A stretch of 63,026 nt of DNA, the filler included, from an uncultured Synergistales bacterium (GTDB taxonomy: Bacteria > Synergistota > Synergistia > Synergistales > Aminobacteriaceae): assembly GCA_937897575.1 (NCBI GenBank). It is 7 parts of 7 records of this genome, joined end to end, with 100 filler letters (N's around TTAATTAATTAA, not from the genome) between each part and the next. Parts side by side here need not be neighbours in the genome. Positions count along the whole stretch, not along the records: positions 18,245 to 36,059 come from CALCQG010000086.1; positions 36,160 to 48,420 come from CALCQG010000087.1; 5 more parts are not named here. One strand, 5' to 3'. Made by a program: the position numbers and the translations under genes. The notes under the pieces are model-generated. The model was not told the origin of the DNA. It saw only the letters and a program-made list of their open reading frames with translations, and made no database searches. Below are positions 31,495-40,551 of the stretch, in pieces. The first letter of the stretch is position 1. Each line of letters opens with the position of its first letter.

Positions 31495-32704
31495 AGGGCG
31501 AACGCCGCAGCTCCGAACCGGGCGGAACGTTCTCCGCGAGGCTCTCCCAGAGGATGGTGGCCGTGCGCTCGATGGACGCGATCCGTCCGGTTTGCCCGCG
31601 GACGGAGAGGGGGAGCTTCCCGAACAGAGGGAGCGTGGCGGACGTTCTCATGGTACGCAGCATCGCCCGTCCCGCCTCGTCCGCAGCAAGAACACGGATG
31701 TACGCCACGCCGGAGCGCTGAAGTTCGAGGTTCTCCCTCTGCGACACGCCGAGCAGGAAGTGCAGCACCTGCCGACGGATTCGTCCTTTTGTGTACCGGC
31801 TTGTGGCGCAGCGGGCGAGGAAGTCCTCCCAGGTCCCGCTCGAGAAGGCAAAGCGAAGGAGGCGGTTCTCCATCCCCTCCGTCATGCCGGAGGACAGCGC
31901 CAACTCCTCCCGACGCACCCTCGCCAGGGCGCTCCGTGCGATCCTCCAGAGGGTGTCGTCCGAGCGCACGACAGCCCCCTGTTCGATACAACGCCGCAGG
32001 ACAAGTGCCGTGCTCGCGGGCAATTTTTTTTCAGCTTCCGAGTGCCGCCCGTCCCTGCAGGCGTTTCGGATGGCCGAAGCGGAGGGCAGAGGGAGGTCCA
32101 GCCCATCGTCGTCGTGGAGTGCCCCGACCCGCTGTACGGGCATGCACGTCAGATCGTACCCCTTCCTCGCGATTCGCTCCATATAGGACAGGGCGAGCAG
32201 GTTGTTCGGGGTGGAGATGAATTCGCCGTACTCCGGCCGGATATCCGAAAGGGCCTGGGCACGGGACCGGACGTAGGAGAGTCCGCTTGCCAGCTTTTCT
32301 TTCAGGGCCTCCTTGAAACTGGGCGGCTCGTGCACTAGAATATCAAGAATTGGGGCTACAGGAAAATCGGGGTCTTCCATCCCGAAGGATATGGATGAGA
32401 CGAGCCCCGTCGCCTCGAGGATGTCGACGGACGAGGCGGCGAAAATTCCTGCGTTCTGGCACGAGAAAAAAGCGGGCAGCTCGAGCACCAGATTCGCGCC
32501 GGCGTTGACTGCCGTCTCCGCGCGATCCCATTTGCTGAGCAGCGCTGCGTCGCCGCGCTGGGTACAGTAGGAGGAGAGCACGACGACGACGTTTGCGCCT
32601 TCCGCTCTCTCCCTCGCCGCCCTGATATGATGGACGTGGCCCAGATGGAGCGGGTTATATTCGGCAACGATACCGACGTTGGTTCTATATATTCTGACCG
32701 ACAC
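31454..32704 (-). CDS. tmcAL: tRNA(Met) cytidine acetate ligase (YlbM/TmcAL family)
   Basis: GIVAEYNPLHLGH, PNNLLALSY, SASAIR, RYTKGRIRR; divergent from ackA. Confidence 0.88.
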   Translation of the reverse strand: MSVRIYRTNVGIVAEYNPLHLGHVHHIRAARERAEGANVVVVLSSYCTQRGDAALLSKWDRAETAVNAGANLVLELPAFFSCQNAGIFAASSVDILEATGLVSSISFGMEDPDFPVAPILDILVHEPPSFKEALKEKLASGLSYVRSRAQALSDIRPEYGEFISTPNNLLALSYMERIARKGYDLTCMPVQRVGALHDDDGLDLPLPSASAIRNACRDGRHSEAEKKLPASTALVLRRCIEQGAVVRSDDTLWRIARSALARVRREELALSSGMTEGMENRLLRFAFSSGTWEDFLARCATSRYTKGRIRRQVLHFLLGVSQRENLELQRSGVAYIRVLAADEAGRAMLRTMRTSATLPLFGKLPLSVRGQTGRIASIERTATILWESLAENVPPGSELRRSPFMAPGPEAGGSAP

Positions 32705-32777
32705 CTTCCTGATGGAGTGCCTGTAACAATAATCCACAGGGCGAGGACGGTCAAGACGAGAGGATGGGGTATAGGCG

Positions 32778-33977
32778 ATGAAAGTTCTGGTCATCAACTG
32801 CGGCAGTTCTTCTCTCAAGTACCAGCTGTTCGAGATGGACAACGAGTCCGTTCTCGCAAAGGGGCTCGTGGAGCGGATCGGGATCGCTGGTTCCCGGATC
32901 AAGCACACGAAGACAGGTATGGACCCGGTGGTCAAGGAGACGGACATCCCCGACCACAATGTCGCCTTCAAAGAGGTCACGACCATGCTGCTCGATGATC
33001 GGTACGGAGTGATCAAGAGCCTTGGCGAGCTCGCGGCCGTCGGCCATCGGGTGGTCCATGCGGGAGAAAAGTACGCAGGATCGGTCCTGGTCACCAAGGA
33101 CGTCATCGACGCCCTCACGGAGTGCATCCCCCTGGCTCCTCTGCACAACCCCGCCAACCTCATGGGGATCAACGCCGTGACGGAAGCGCTCCCCGACATC
33201 CCTCAGGTCGGCGTCTTCGACACGGCCTTCCACCAGACCATGCCGAGCCACGCCTATATCTACGGCATCCCCTACGAGTACTACGAGAAGTACAAGATCC
33301 GGCGCTACGGCTTCCATGGGACGAGCCACCTGTACGTCTCGAACAGGGCGGCCGAGATGCTTGGGAAACCCATCGAATCGCTGAAGATCATCACCTGCCA
33401 TATGGGCAACGGAAGCTCCATCACGGCCGTTCAGGGAGGAAAATCCGTCGACACGACCCTCGGGTTCGGCACCACCCCCGGCGTGATCATGGGGACGCGC
33501 AGCGGCGATCTGGACCCCGTGATAATCCCCTATCTGATGCAGCAGGAGGGGTTCGACACAAAAAGCATCAGCGATCTGCTCAACAAGAAGAGCGGTCTGC
33601 TCGGGATATCGGGCGTGAGCAGCGACCTCCGGGACGTCGAGGAGGCGTCGGAGAAGGGCAACAGCCGCGCCCAGCTCGCGGAGAGCATCCTGTACTACGG
33701 CGTCAAAAAATACATCGGCGCCTACGCGGCGGCCATGGGGGGCGTCGACGCGATCGTCTTCACCGCGGGGATCGGCGAGAACTGCCCCAAGGGGCGGGAG
33801 ACAATCTGCTCCGGGCTCGAATTCATGGGTGTCAAACTGGACAGGGAGAAGAACGCCACGCGCGGAAAGGACCGCTTCATCAACGCCGACGACAGCGCGG
33901 TGAAGGTGTTGGTCATCCCCACAGACGAGGAGCTCGTGATCGCCAGAGACACAAAGCGGATCACGCTCGAAGGCTGA
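32778..33977 (+). CDS. ackA: acetate kinase
   Basis: VINCGSSSLKY, GHRVVH, APLHNP, FDTAFH, FTAGIGEN, PTDEE. Confidence 0.98.
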   Translation: MKVLVINCGSSSLKYQLFEMDNESVLAKGLVERIGIAGSRIKHTKTGMDPVVKETDIPDHNVAFKEVTTMLLDDRYGVIKSLGELAAVGHRVVHAGEKYAGSVLVTKDVIDALTECIPLAPLHNPANLMGINAVTEALPDIPQVGVFDTAFHQTMPSHAYIYGIPYEYYEKYKIRRYGFHGTSHLYVSNRAAEMLGKPIESLKIITCHMGNGSSITAVQGGKSVDTTLGFGTTPGVIMGTRSGDLDPVIIPYLMQQEGFDTKSISDLLNKKSGLLGISGVSSDLRDVEEASEKGNSRAQLAESILYYGVKKYIGAYAAAMGGVDAIVFTAGIGENCPKGRETICSGLEFMGVKLDREKNATRGKDRFINADDSAVKVLVIPTDEELVIARDTKRITLEG

Positions 33978-34006
33978 GCGGAGACGGAGAGGACTGTCCG
34001 GTATCC

Positions 34007-34615
34007 ATGACGGGCAAACCCGTTGACTGTTCGTTCGAGATCGAGGTCCCCGTTTACGGGGACATACACAGCTCATCCTCCCACACGTGGACCTGTGCCA
34101 TTCGGGAGGAGATCGTCTATGCCGGGCAGGTCTTCCGCTTCTCGAAACCCCTGACGGTGGAGGCTCATGCCCTCTGGAGCGAATCGGACCTCTCCGTCTC
34201 CCTGAAGGTGTCCTCGACGGTGACGACACCCTGTTCCCGCTGCCTCGAGCCGACGGATATTGAAATTTCGTCGGATTTCATGTATCGTTACACTTTGCAG
34301 GGGAAACGGCCCTCTTCGGAGGACGATTCCGAAGAGCGCGACCATCGACTGGTTCCCGTGAGTGCGTGGAGAAGCCATCTCGACGTATCGGACCAGGTCT
34401 GGGAGACGCTCATGCTCTCGCTTCCACTGCGGGTGCTCTGTTCCTCGGAGTGCCGGGGGCTTTGTCACGTATGCGGCCGACCTCTTGCCGACGGCCCCTG
34501 TGGATGTCCGACCGCCGACGGCGATCTGAAGCTGGCCGATCTCTTCCCCGAGGCACACGAAGAGATCGCGGACGACGCCGTGGAGAATGAGAAAAGGGAG
34601 AGGAGGGGAAGATAG
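34007..34615 (+). CDS. DUF177/YceD family protein
   Basis: CSRCL and LCSSECRGLCHVCG; directly upstream of rpmF. Confidence 0.9.
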   Translation: MTGKPVDCSFEIEVPVYGDIHSSSSHTWTCAIREEIVYAGQVFRFSKPLTVEAHALWSESDLSVSLKVSSTVTTPCSRCLEPTDIEISSDFMYRYTLQGKRPSSEDDSEERDHRLVPVSAWRSHLDVSDQVWETLMLSLPLRVLCSSECRGLCHVCGRPLADGPCGCPTADGDLKLADLFPEAHEEIADDAVENEKRERRGR

Positions 34616-34616
34616 G

Positions 34617-34820
34617 ATGGCAGTTCCGAAGAGGAAACAATCGCACGCTCGCACCCATACACGAAAGTCCGAATGGCAGAACGGCCTCTCCGCACCGGGA
34701 CGCACCACATGTCCCCATTGCGGGGAGACGATCATGAACTACTGCGCATGTGCCGCATGCGGCCATTATCGGGGCAGAAAAGTGATGGCCGGCGCAGCGG
34801 AGAAAAAAGAAGAGGAATAA
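34617..34820 (+). CDS. rpmF: 50S ribosomal protein L32
   Basis: MAVPKRK, CPHCG...CAACGHYRG. Confidence 0.97.
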   Translation: MAVPKRKQSHARTHTRKSEWQNGLSAPGRTTCPHCGETIMNYCACAACGHYRGRKVMAGAAEKKEEE

Positions 34821-34835
34821 GACCCGTCGGAACGG

Positions 34836-34871
34836 GCGGAGCAGGGGAGGATCTCCCTGCTCCGCTTTTTT
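34836..34871 (+). terminator. intrinsic terminator after rpmF
   Basis: GCGGAGCAGGG...CCCTGCTCCGC followed by a T-run. Confidence 0.85.
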
Positions 34872-34884
34872 CATACCGACGTCC

Positions 34885-34938
34885 TTGACCGTCGGGCCAG
34901 GAGACAGTATACTTACCGAAATTAGTAGCAGGTCTTAA
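34885..34938 (+). promoter_or_regulatory. fapR promoter with FapR operator
   Basis: TTGACC-N17-TATACT, then TTAGTAGCAGGTCTTAA (34922-34938), resembling the 17-bp FapR inverted repeat. Confidence 0.8.
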
Positions 34939-34953
34939 GAGTTAGTCTTAAAG

Positions 34954-35556
34954 ATGATGAGGATGTCCATGCGCTCACAGAAAAAGACAAGACAGGAGAA
35001 GCTCCTCAAACTCATAGCTCAGAACCCTCTGGCCACGGACGAGCAGTTGGCGGACCGTCTCTCCGTCAGCGTCAGCACGATCCGGCTGGACAGGGCTGTC
35101 TTGGGCCTGCCCGAGCTCAGGGAGCGAATGAAGTCCATGGCCCAGAAGGCCACGAGCAGGCTCCGCTCCCTGAAGCAGGAGGAGATCGTCGGCGACCTTC
35201 TCGAGCTCGAGCCGAACAGGTGGTCCCTCTCCATACTGGCGACGAGGCGGGACATGGCCTTTCGCGACACGAACATGGTATGCGACCATTACATCTACGC
35301 GCAGGCCAGCTCCCTGGCCATTGCGGTCGTGGAGGCGGACCTCGTCCTCGTGGAGTCCATGAGGGGCAAGTACAAGGGGCACGCTCAGGTGGGCGACTCT
35401 CTCGTGGCGCGGGCAAAAGTGGGCGTCCACAAGGACGACAAGTACATCGTCAGCGTGCGGACGAAGGTGGGGGAGCGAGAGATTTTCGTGGGGCGTTTCA
35501 TCACCGCGGCCATCCCACCGAACGCCGAGGACGGCCACCGGGAGGAGAACCTATGA
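34954..35556 (+). CDS. fapR: fatty acid biosynthesis repressor FapR
   Basis: NPLATDEQLA...STIRLDR..LGLPELRER HTH plus thioesterase-like domain; upstream of plsX. Confidence 0.95.
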   Translation: MMRMSMRSQKKTRQEKLLKLIAQNPLATDEQLADRLSVSVSTIRLDRAVLGLPELRERMKSMAQKATSRLRSLKQEEIVGDLLELEPNRWSLSILATRRDMAFRDTNMVCDHYIYAQASSLAIAVVEADLVLVESMRGKYKGHAQVGDSLVARAKVGVHKDDKYIVSVRTKVGEREIFVGRFITAAIPPNAEDGHREENL

Positions 35557-36059
35557 TCCTCGCGCTCGACGCCATGGGCGGCGACCACGCCCCCGACGAA
35601 ATATGCAGAGGCGCGATCGCGGCGTGCACCGAGCACTCCGATCTCGAACTGATCCTCGTCGGCGTGGAGTCCAAAATCCGGCCGCTTATCGAGGAGAGCC
35701 CCGACGCCGTCTTCAGACGCCTGTCCGTCGTCCATGCGGAGGAGCAGATATCCATGGACGAGCACCCAAGCGTCGCCATACGGCGAAAACGGCATTCGAG
35801 CCTCCGCGTGGCCATGGAGCTCGTACGAAGCGGCGAGGCCTCCGGGTGCGTCTCCGCCGGCAACACGGGAGCGATCGTCGCGGGCGGCGTCCTCGTCGTC
35901 AGCCGCATCCCCGGGATCGACAGACCGGCCTTCGGCGTCGGGCTCCCCACCCTCGACAGGCACACCTTTTTGCTCGACGTGGGGGCCACCGTGCGGAGCA
36001 AGCCGCTCAACCTCTTCCAGTTCGCCCATATGGGCAATCTCTACTCGCGGCACATCCTG
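35553..36059 (+). CDS. plsX: phosphate acyltransferase PlsX, 3' truncated
   Basis: LDAMGGDHAP, SAGNTGA, IDRPA, LDVGA. Confidence 0.96.
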
Positions 36060-36160
36060 NNNNNNNNNNNNNNNNNNNNNNNNNNNNNNNNNNNNNNNNN
36101 NNNTTAATTAATTAANNNNNNNNNNNNNNNNNNNNNNNNNNNNNNNNNNNNNNNNNNNNT

Positions 36161-36454
36161 GCGGACTATGCCGGGAAGATCCGGGAGCTGTACCCGGTGT
36201 GCGTGGCGTCCGCCGACAATTTCTGGGGATATTTCGCCGGGCTCTACCGCGGCAGGTGGGGAGCATGGGCGACTGATCCGGGGTATTTTGACAAGCTGGC
36301 CGAGATGGCCGTGAGGCTGGCGCCGGAGTTGCTCGGGAAAGGCTGGCGAGGCAGGATATATCTCGCCTTTGAGCTGGCAGAACAGCGGGACACACTGACG
36401 CCGGAGCAGGGGAAGACTATTCTAAAACTGATGAAAAAGGTGAACGAAGAATGA
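36161..36454 (+). CDS. GH73 glucosaminidase-like endolysin, C-terminal part
   Basis: Frame open to the contig edge; WATDPGYFDKL matches the GH73 YATDPxYxxKL motif. Confidence 0.7.
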   Translation, partial: ADYAGKIRELYPVCVASADNFWGYFAGLYRGRWGAWATDPGYFDKLAEMAVRLAPELLGKGWRGRIYLAFELAEQRDTLTPEQGKTILKLMKKVNEE

Positions 36455-37008
36455 AGTTCATTATAGATTGCGGCCACGGAGGAACTGATCCTGGTGCCAT
36501 CGGGCCGACCGGGCTGAAGGAGGCGGACGTCACCCTCGCCATCGGTAAGGTTCTTGAGTCAATCTCCAAGATGGTCGGACATACTCCCGTTATGACACGG
36601 ACCAGTGACGAGTACGTGTCACTCAAAGATCGGGCAAAGTTCGCCAACACGCAGGGGGGGAAGTGCTTCGTCTCCATTCACTGCAATTCCTTCACATCTC
36701 CAGTCCCGGCAGGTTTTGAGATATGGACCTCTCGGGGACAGAATACCTCCGACACACTCGCCTCGTCCATCACGCACCAGTGGTCAAAAGCTTTCCCTGA
36801 TCACCTGATCCGCGCCGACTGGTCCGACGGCGACGTGGACAAGGAGTCCGGGTTCTATGTCCTGAAGCACACGGCCATGCCCGCTGTACTGCTTGAGACG
36901 GCGTTTATTTCAAACCCGAAGTGGGAGACCTGGCTCAGAGAGAAAGGGAACCTTAAGAAGATAGCTGAAGTCATTCTTGATGGCCTCGAAGCGTGGGGAG
37001 GGAAGTAG
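36451..37008 (+). CDS. N-acetylmuramoyl-L-alanine amidase (Amidase_3) endolysin
   Basis: IDCGHGGTDPGA, E, FVSIHCNS, PAVLLETAFISN. Confidence 0.95.
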   Translation: MKFIIDCGHGGTDPGAIGPTGLKEADVTLAIGKVLESISKMVGHTPVMTRTSDEYVSLKDRAKFANTQGGKCFVSIHCNSFTSPVPAGFEIWTSRGQNTSDTLASSITHQWSKAFPDHLIRADWSDGDVDKESGFYVLKHTAMPAVLLETAFISNPKWETWLREKGNLKKIAEVILDGLEAWGGK

Positions 37009-37284
37009 ATGACGCCGGAAAAACAGGAAGAACTCCTTATCAATGTGGATAAAAATGTTAACCTCCTGCTTGAGAGGCACACCGTCAGGGACAGACTCTG
37101 TGAGGCGCGGCTTATTATGATAAATGATCTCACGAACCGGGTAGATGTCGTGGAAGATTTTATCGATAAAGAGAAAAACTATCGGAAACTTGTTGTTAGC
37201 CTGTTAATCGGACTTGGAGCCCTTATAACATGGGGCATGAATTTATTCCCGAAGCTAACTGACCTGTTAGGTAAAGGGGCATGA
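37009..37284 (+). CDS. small membrane protein (holin/XhlA-like)
   Basis: Coiled-coil followed by one C-terminal TM helix, inside the lysis cassette. Confidence 0.55.
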   Translation: MTPEKQEELLINVDKNVNLLLERHTVRDRLCEARLIMINDLTNRVDVVEDFIDKEKNYRKLVVSLLIGLGALITWGMNLFPKLTDLLGKGA

Positions 37285-38054
37285 TTGTTCATCCTGTCAC
37301 TCTCGGGGAAGAGGTAGAATCAGCCGAGATTTTACCCCTGAGCGATTTTCACATCGGCGACCCTGGCTTCAATGAAAGAGCACTGAAAGATTATCTCGCC
37401 TATATTCTCGGAGGAGAGAATCGTTTTATCCTCCTCAACGGCGACATCCTCAACAACGCCACAAAAGCCAGCGTCAGCGACATCTACGCTGAGACCATGC
37501 AGCCCCGCCGCCAGATTGAGCACGCCGCAGACCTGCTCGCCCCCGTCGCTGACAGGATACTCGGAATCGTGAGCGGAAATCACGAACGTCGCACGGACAA
37601 GGAGTCAGGTATTTCACCAGTTGAGATTCTGGCGGAGAAACTGAACGTGCCGTATTTCGGGATTGAGGCCTTGCTGAAAATTCGCTTGGGCAAAAATATC
37701 CACTGGCGGCAGACCTATTACACCCTCTATGCCACTCATGGTTGGGGCGGCGGGCGTTTACGCGGGGGGAAGGTAAACAATTTGGAGCGGTTAAAAAACA
37801 TCGTGCTGTGCGACGTGTACGTTATGGCGCACACTCATGGGCAGGTCAGCTTCCCAAGCGTCATATATGTGCCGGAGACTAAAAACGACGCGGTGACGGA
37901 GCGAGTCATGTGGTTTATAAACTCCGGTTCATTCCTTGATCGTGGCGAGGGGTACGCCGCAGCGAAGGGGTATGAGCCGCAGGTCCTCGGCTGCCCGATA
38001 ATAGAGCTGTCGGGGAAGGGAAGAAAGATAACCGTCATCCAGGGGAGGGTGTAA
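37281..38054 (+). CDS. phage calcineurin-like metallophosphoesterase
   Basis: SDFH, NGD, GNHE, THG and AHTH motifs. Confidence 0.88.
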   Translation: MIVHPVTLGEEVESAEILPLSDFHIGDPGFNERALKDYLAYILGGENRFILLNGDILNNATKASVSDIYAETMQPRRQIEHAADLLAPVADRILGIVSGNHERRTDKESGISPVEILAEKLNVPYFGIEALLKIRLGKNIHWRQTYYTLYATHGWGGGRLRGGKVNNLERLKNIVLCDVYVMAHTHGQVSFPSVIYVPETKNDAVTERVMWFINSGSFLDRGEGYAAAKGYEPQVLGCPIIELSGKGRKITVIQGRV

Positions 38055-38464
38055 TGAATATTTCAGAATGGCCTATCAGGAAGCCCCTCGCAATCTTCGC
38101 GGCGCTGCTGGTCGGGATATCTGTGGGGTGTTGTCTTTATAGGGGTTCAGACTTGCCGGACAATCTCACGACATTGATACAGTGGTTCGGAGGGCTGACG
38201 ATATTGGCCTACTATACGTCCTCGACCACGGAGGCCGTGAAGGGGGTGACTGCTTATGAGTCAAATTATACCGGAGCAGAGCGGGAGTATATGGAAAATG
38301 ATGCTGCTGGCGGGAGCGATTACCCTGATACTGGGCGGAACGATGGCTTATATGAATCGTCCAGTACCGTTACCTCCACAGTCACAGCAGACGGACGCCG
38401 ATTTGCAAGCGATCCCCGAGGCTTTATTGGAAAGTATCCGAAGGGTAGAAAACATCTCAGATAA
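38054..38464 (+). CDS. putative two-TM holin
   Basis: Two N-terminal hydrophobic helices; lysis context; long polar tail overlapping the next gene. Confidence 0.55.
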   Translation: MNISEWPIRKPLAIFAALLVGISVGCCLYRGSDLPDNLTTLIQWFGGLTILAYYTSSTTEAVKGVTAYESNYTGAEREYMENDAAGGSDYPDTGRNDGLYESSSTVTSTVTADGRRFASDPRGFIGKYPKGRKHLR

Positions 38465-38612
38465 AGTACGGAAGGAGGTGACCTCAATCCGTGAGAGCGC
38501 AAAGAAAGAAGTATCTGCTCTGCCTCCTGACGGTGTGGCTGATGGTCTCAATGGCGAGCTCGCCCGCTTCCGCGGCGTGGAAGTACGTACCGGAAGGTTG
38601 GACAACCCCTGA
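38256..38612 (+). CDS. putative inner-membrane spanin (Rz-like)
   Basis: One N-terminal TM helix, Pro-rich linker, coiled-coil. Confidence 0.55.
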   Translation: MSQIIPEQSGSIWKMMLLAGAITLILGGTMAYMNRPVPLPPQSQQTDADLQAIPEALLESIRRVENISDKVRKEVTSIRESAKKEVSALPPDGVADGLNGELARFRGVEVRTGRLDNP

Positions 38613-38922
38613 CGCTGGCTACTTCGGCACGGAGCAGGACGGGCGGGATACCCTCGAGGCTCTCCGGACGTACCGCGAGGAAGCCACAGCATGGGAAGCG
38701 GCCTACAACGCCCTGAAGGCGGAGTTCGATACTCTCCGGGCGGAGCTTGACATGAAGTTTGCAGCACTTGAGAAGAGCCTCGATAAGGAGAGGGAGGCTT
38801 GGAAGGGGGAGATCCGGAAGGCGAAAGGCCCCGGCTTCGGAATTTTCGCCGGTTATGGGTTCGATTCCCACGGGGATGGAAATTTTGTGATCGGTGCGGG
38901 AATCGTGTGGAAGATATTTTGA
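38491..38922 (+). CDS. putative outer-membrane spanin-like protein with C-terminal beta-hairpin
   Basis: Signal peptide ending ASA, coiled-coil, amphipathic strands ending in WKIF. Confidence 0.6.
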   Translation: MRAQRKKYLLCLLTVWLMVSMASSPASAAWKYVPEGWTTPDAGYFGTEQDGRDTLEALRTYREEATAWEAAYNALKAEFDTLRAELDMKFAALEKSLDKEREAWKGEIRKAKGPGFGIFAGYGFDSHGDGNFVIGAGIVWKIF

Positions 38923-39030
38923 AACATGCCCCTAAAATGCCCCAAGTTGAACGATATTGAGGCAAGAGGTATAAAGTGTCGGCTGAAAGGAAAAAATGCA
39001 ACTGGGCGCGAGTTAGACGGCAAAAATGAG

Positions 39031-39062
39031 GAGAGGGAGCCTTTAGGGCTCCCTCTTTTTTT
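39031..39062. terminator. hairpin terminator between convergent lysis and HTH genes
   Basis: GAGAGGGAGCC-TTTAG-GGCTCCCTCTT followed by a T-run. Confidence 0.75.
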
Positions 39063-39225
39063 GTTCCATGGCTTTTCGCCGAATCTCCACGCTCTCCGCG
39101 TCGATCTGCCAATCCCTCCCGAATTTCTCCGCCTGTAAAATCCCTGCTTTTATCATGTGCCGCACCCTCTGGGGTGTTACCCCCAGAAGGGCGGCGGCGG
39201 TTTTGACGGTGATTTTAGTGGACAA
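39043..39225 (-). CDS. small HTH_17/MerR-like DNA-binding protein (Aca-like or excisionase-like)
   Basis: TVKTAAALLGVTPQRVRHMIKAGILQAEKFGRDWQI; TTG start overlaps the upstream gene. Confidence 0.8.
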   Translation of the reverse strand: MSTKITVKTAAALLGVTPQRVRHMIKAGILQAEKFGRDWQIDAESVEIRRKAMEQKKREP

Positions 39226-39883
39226 TGGGGCACTCCGGTTTGAATCCGGGATCTTTCCATCCCTCCACCTTACGCTTCTCAAGGTCTTCCTGATAAGCCT
39301 TGTCCGCGGCGTGGAGCTTCCACCCAAACTCAAGCTGCCCCCATGCCCCCTGATAGGCTGCGTCCATCTCCGCTGTGGTCTCGAAGGCGGGAAAGGCGGG
39401 ACGGGTGGCGTTTGCGGCGGCCTGCAGAAACTCCTGGTAGTTCAGCCCCAGCCACTCCTGGGGATTCTCGCACTCGGTGAGGACCACCTCCATCCACGTT
39501 GCGCCTGCGTCCTGCGCCTCCACCTGTACATCCTCTTCACCGAACGCCTCATCCAGGGCGGCGTTGACAACCGCCGCATCATCCTCAAGATCGTGGCCGC
39601 CTACCGAGTACAGAACCTCGTTAACCGCATCGCTGCCGTGCTCTTCCTTGAGTTCGTCAATGCGATAGACGAGCTCCTGCTGATCGGAGATTACCTGATT
39701 CCACCAGCCAAACGCCTGTGCTGTGACCTCAAAAACATCATCCTCGTGGTTGTAGACGAAATCCTTGTTCTCGAAACCGCCGCCGTTACCAACAAAATCC
39801 TGCACGAAATCCACTCCACTGTCGGGATCAATAAGCCTTAGCGTCTTAACCTCGCCTGTCTCGATAACCTTCACCTGCATCAT
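39215..39883 (-). CDS. highly acidic hypothetical protein (candidate anti-defence protein)
   Basis: Strong GGAGGAGG RBS; about 47 D/E versus 14 K/R in 222 aa. Confidence 0.8.
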   Translation of the reverse strand: MMQVKVIETGEVKTLRLIDPDSGVDFVQDFVGNGGGFENKDFVYNHEDDVFEVTAQAFGWWNQVISDQQELVYRIDELKEEHGSDAVNEVLYSVGGHDLEDDAAVVNAALDEAFGEEDVQVEAQDAGATWMEVVLTECENPQEWLGLNYQEFLQAAANATRPAFPAFETTAEMDAAYQGAWGQLEFGWKLHAADKAYQEDLEKRKVEGWKDPGFKPECPIVH

Positions 39884-39926
39884 TTTTTGTCTCCTCCTCC
39901 CGGGCCTTGCCCGTCGATCTGAGAAT

Positions 39927-39957
39927 AGTATATCTCATTTATTGCGCTAGGGAAATA
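39927..39957 (-). promoter_or_regulatory. promoter -10 (TATACT) with adjacent imperfect palindrome
   Basis: TATTGCGCTAGGGAAATA (39940-39957) is 14/18 self-complementary. Confidence 0.55.
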
Positions 39958-40049
39958 GGCCTTAGGGCCCATTTATTCGTTTTGGTTCGGTTCCGCACAG
40001 GAGGCAAAGCAGTAGGCAAATTGACAGAACGCCCTGCAATTACTGGCCC

Positions 40050-40072
40050 TTCGATTCCCCCCGGCTCCACCA
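40050..40072 (+). repeat. attR-like tmRNA 3'-end fragment
   Basis: TTCGATTCCCCCCGGCTCCACCA: T-loop, acceptor strand and CCA, with no 5' T-stem. Confidence 0.8.
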
Positions 40073-40080
40073 ACTACATA

Positions 40081-40121
40081 AAGCCGCAGACTGGGAACAA
40101 ACTCCAGCCTGCGGCTTTTTT
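40081..40121 (+). terminator. intrinsic terminator, likely the displaced ssrA terminator
   Basis: AAAGCCGCAG...CTGCGGCTTT followed by a T-run. Confidence 0.8.
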
Positions 40122-40551
40122 GTGTATTAAGCAGAAGAGCCGGGGACGAGGACTTTGCCTTGCAGCAAGATCTCGGACTCTACTCTTAATCGCTCAGTTC
40201 GAGGGTTTTCGGAGGGGTTTTTGTGAAAATCTTTGTCTCGTCACCACTATTTTGACGATAGACAGGCGAAAGCAGTCGACCTCGGTTTTATCGACGCCTG
40301 TGGCGGCGCTAAAATGGAATAGAAGAGCCTCCTGTCCAGAGGTTAGCCATTTCTTTCGGGGTCTCGCTGGACACAGTGTGCCGTAAGCGTTTATGGACGT
40401 TCTATAATAATCGCCATGGTGGCTTGCATGATGAACAACGTGTTACTGCGAGGAGTAAGCTTGACAAATTCATCGAAAGTGGTAGGATAACTTGCATAAT
40501 ATTCGGCAAGGAATCATACTAAAAATGACGAATTTGGCAAGGAGTGAGGCC

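Larger units (their letters stand above)
36160..40072. mobile_element. right end of a prophage probably integrated in ssrA (tmRNA)
   Basis: Lysis cassette, lower GC than core genes, ends at a tmRNA 3'-end fragment. Confidence 0.85.
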
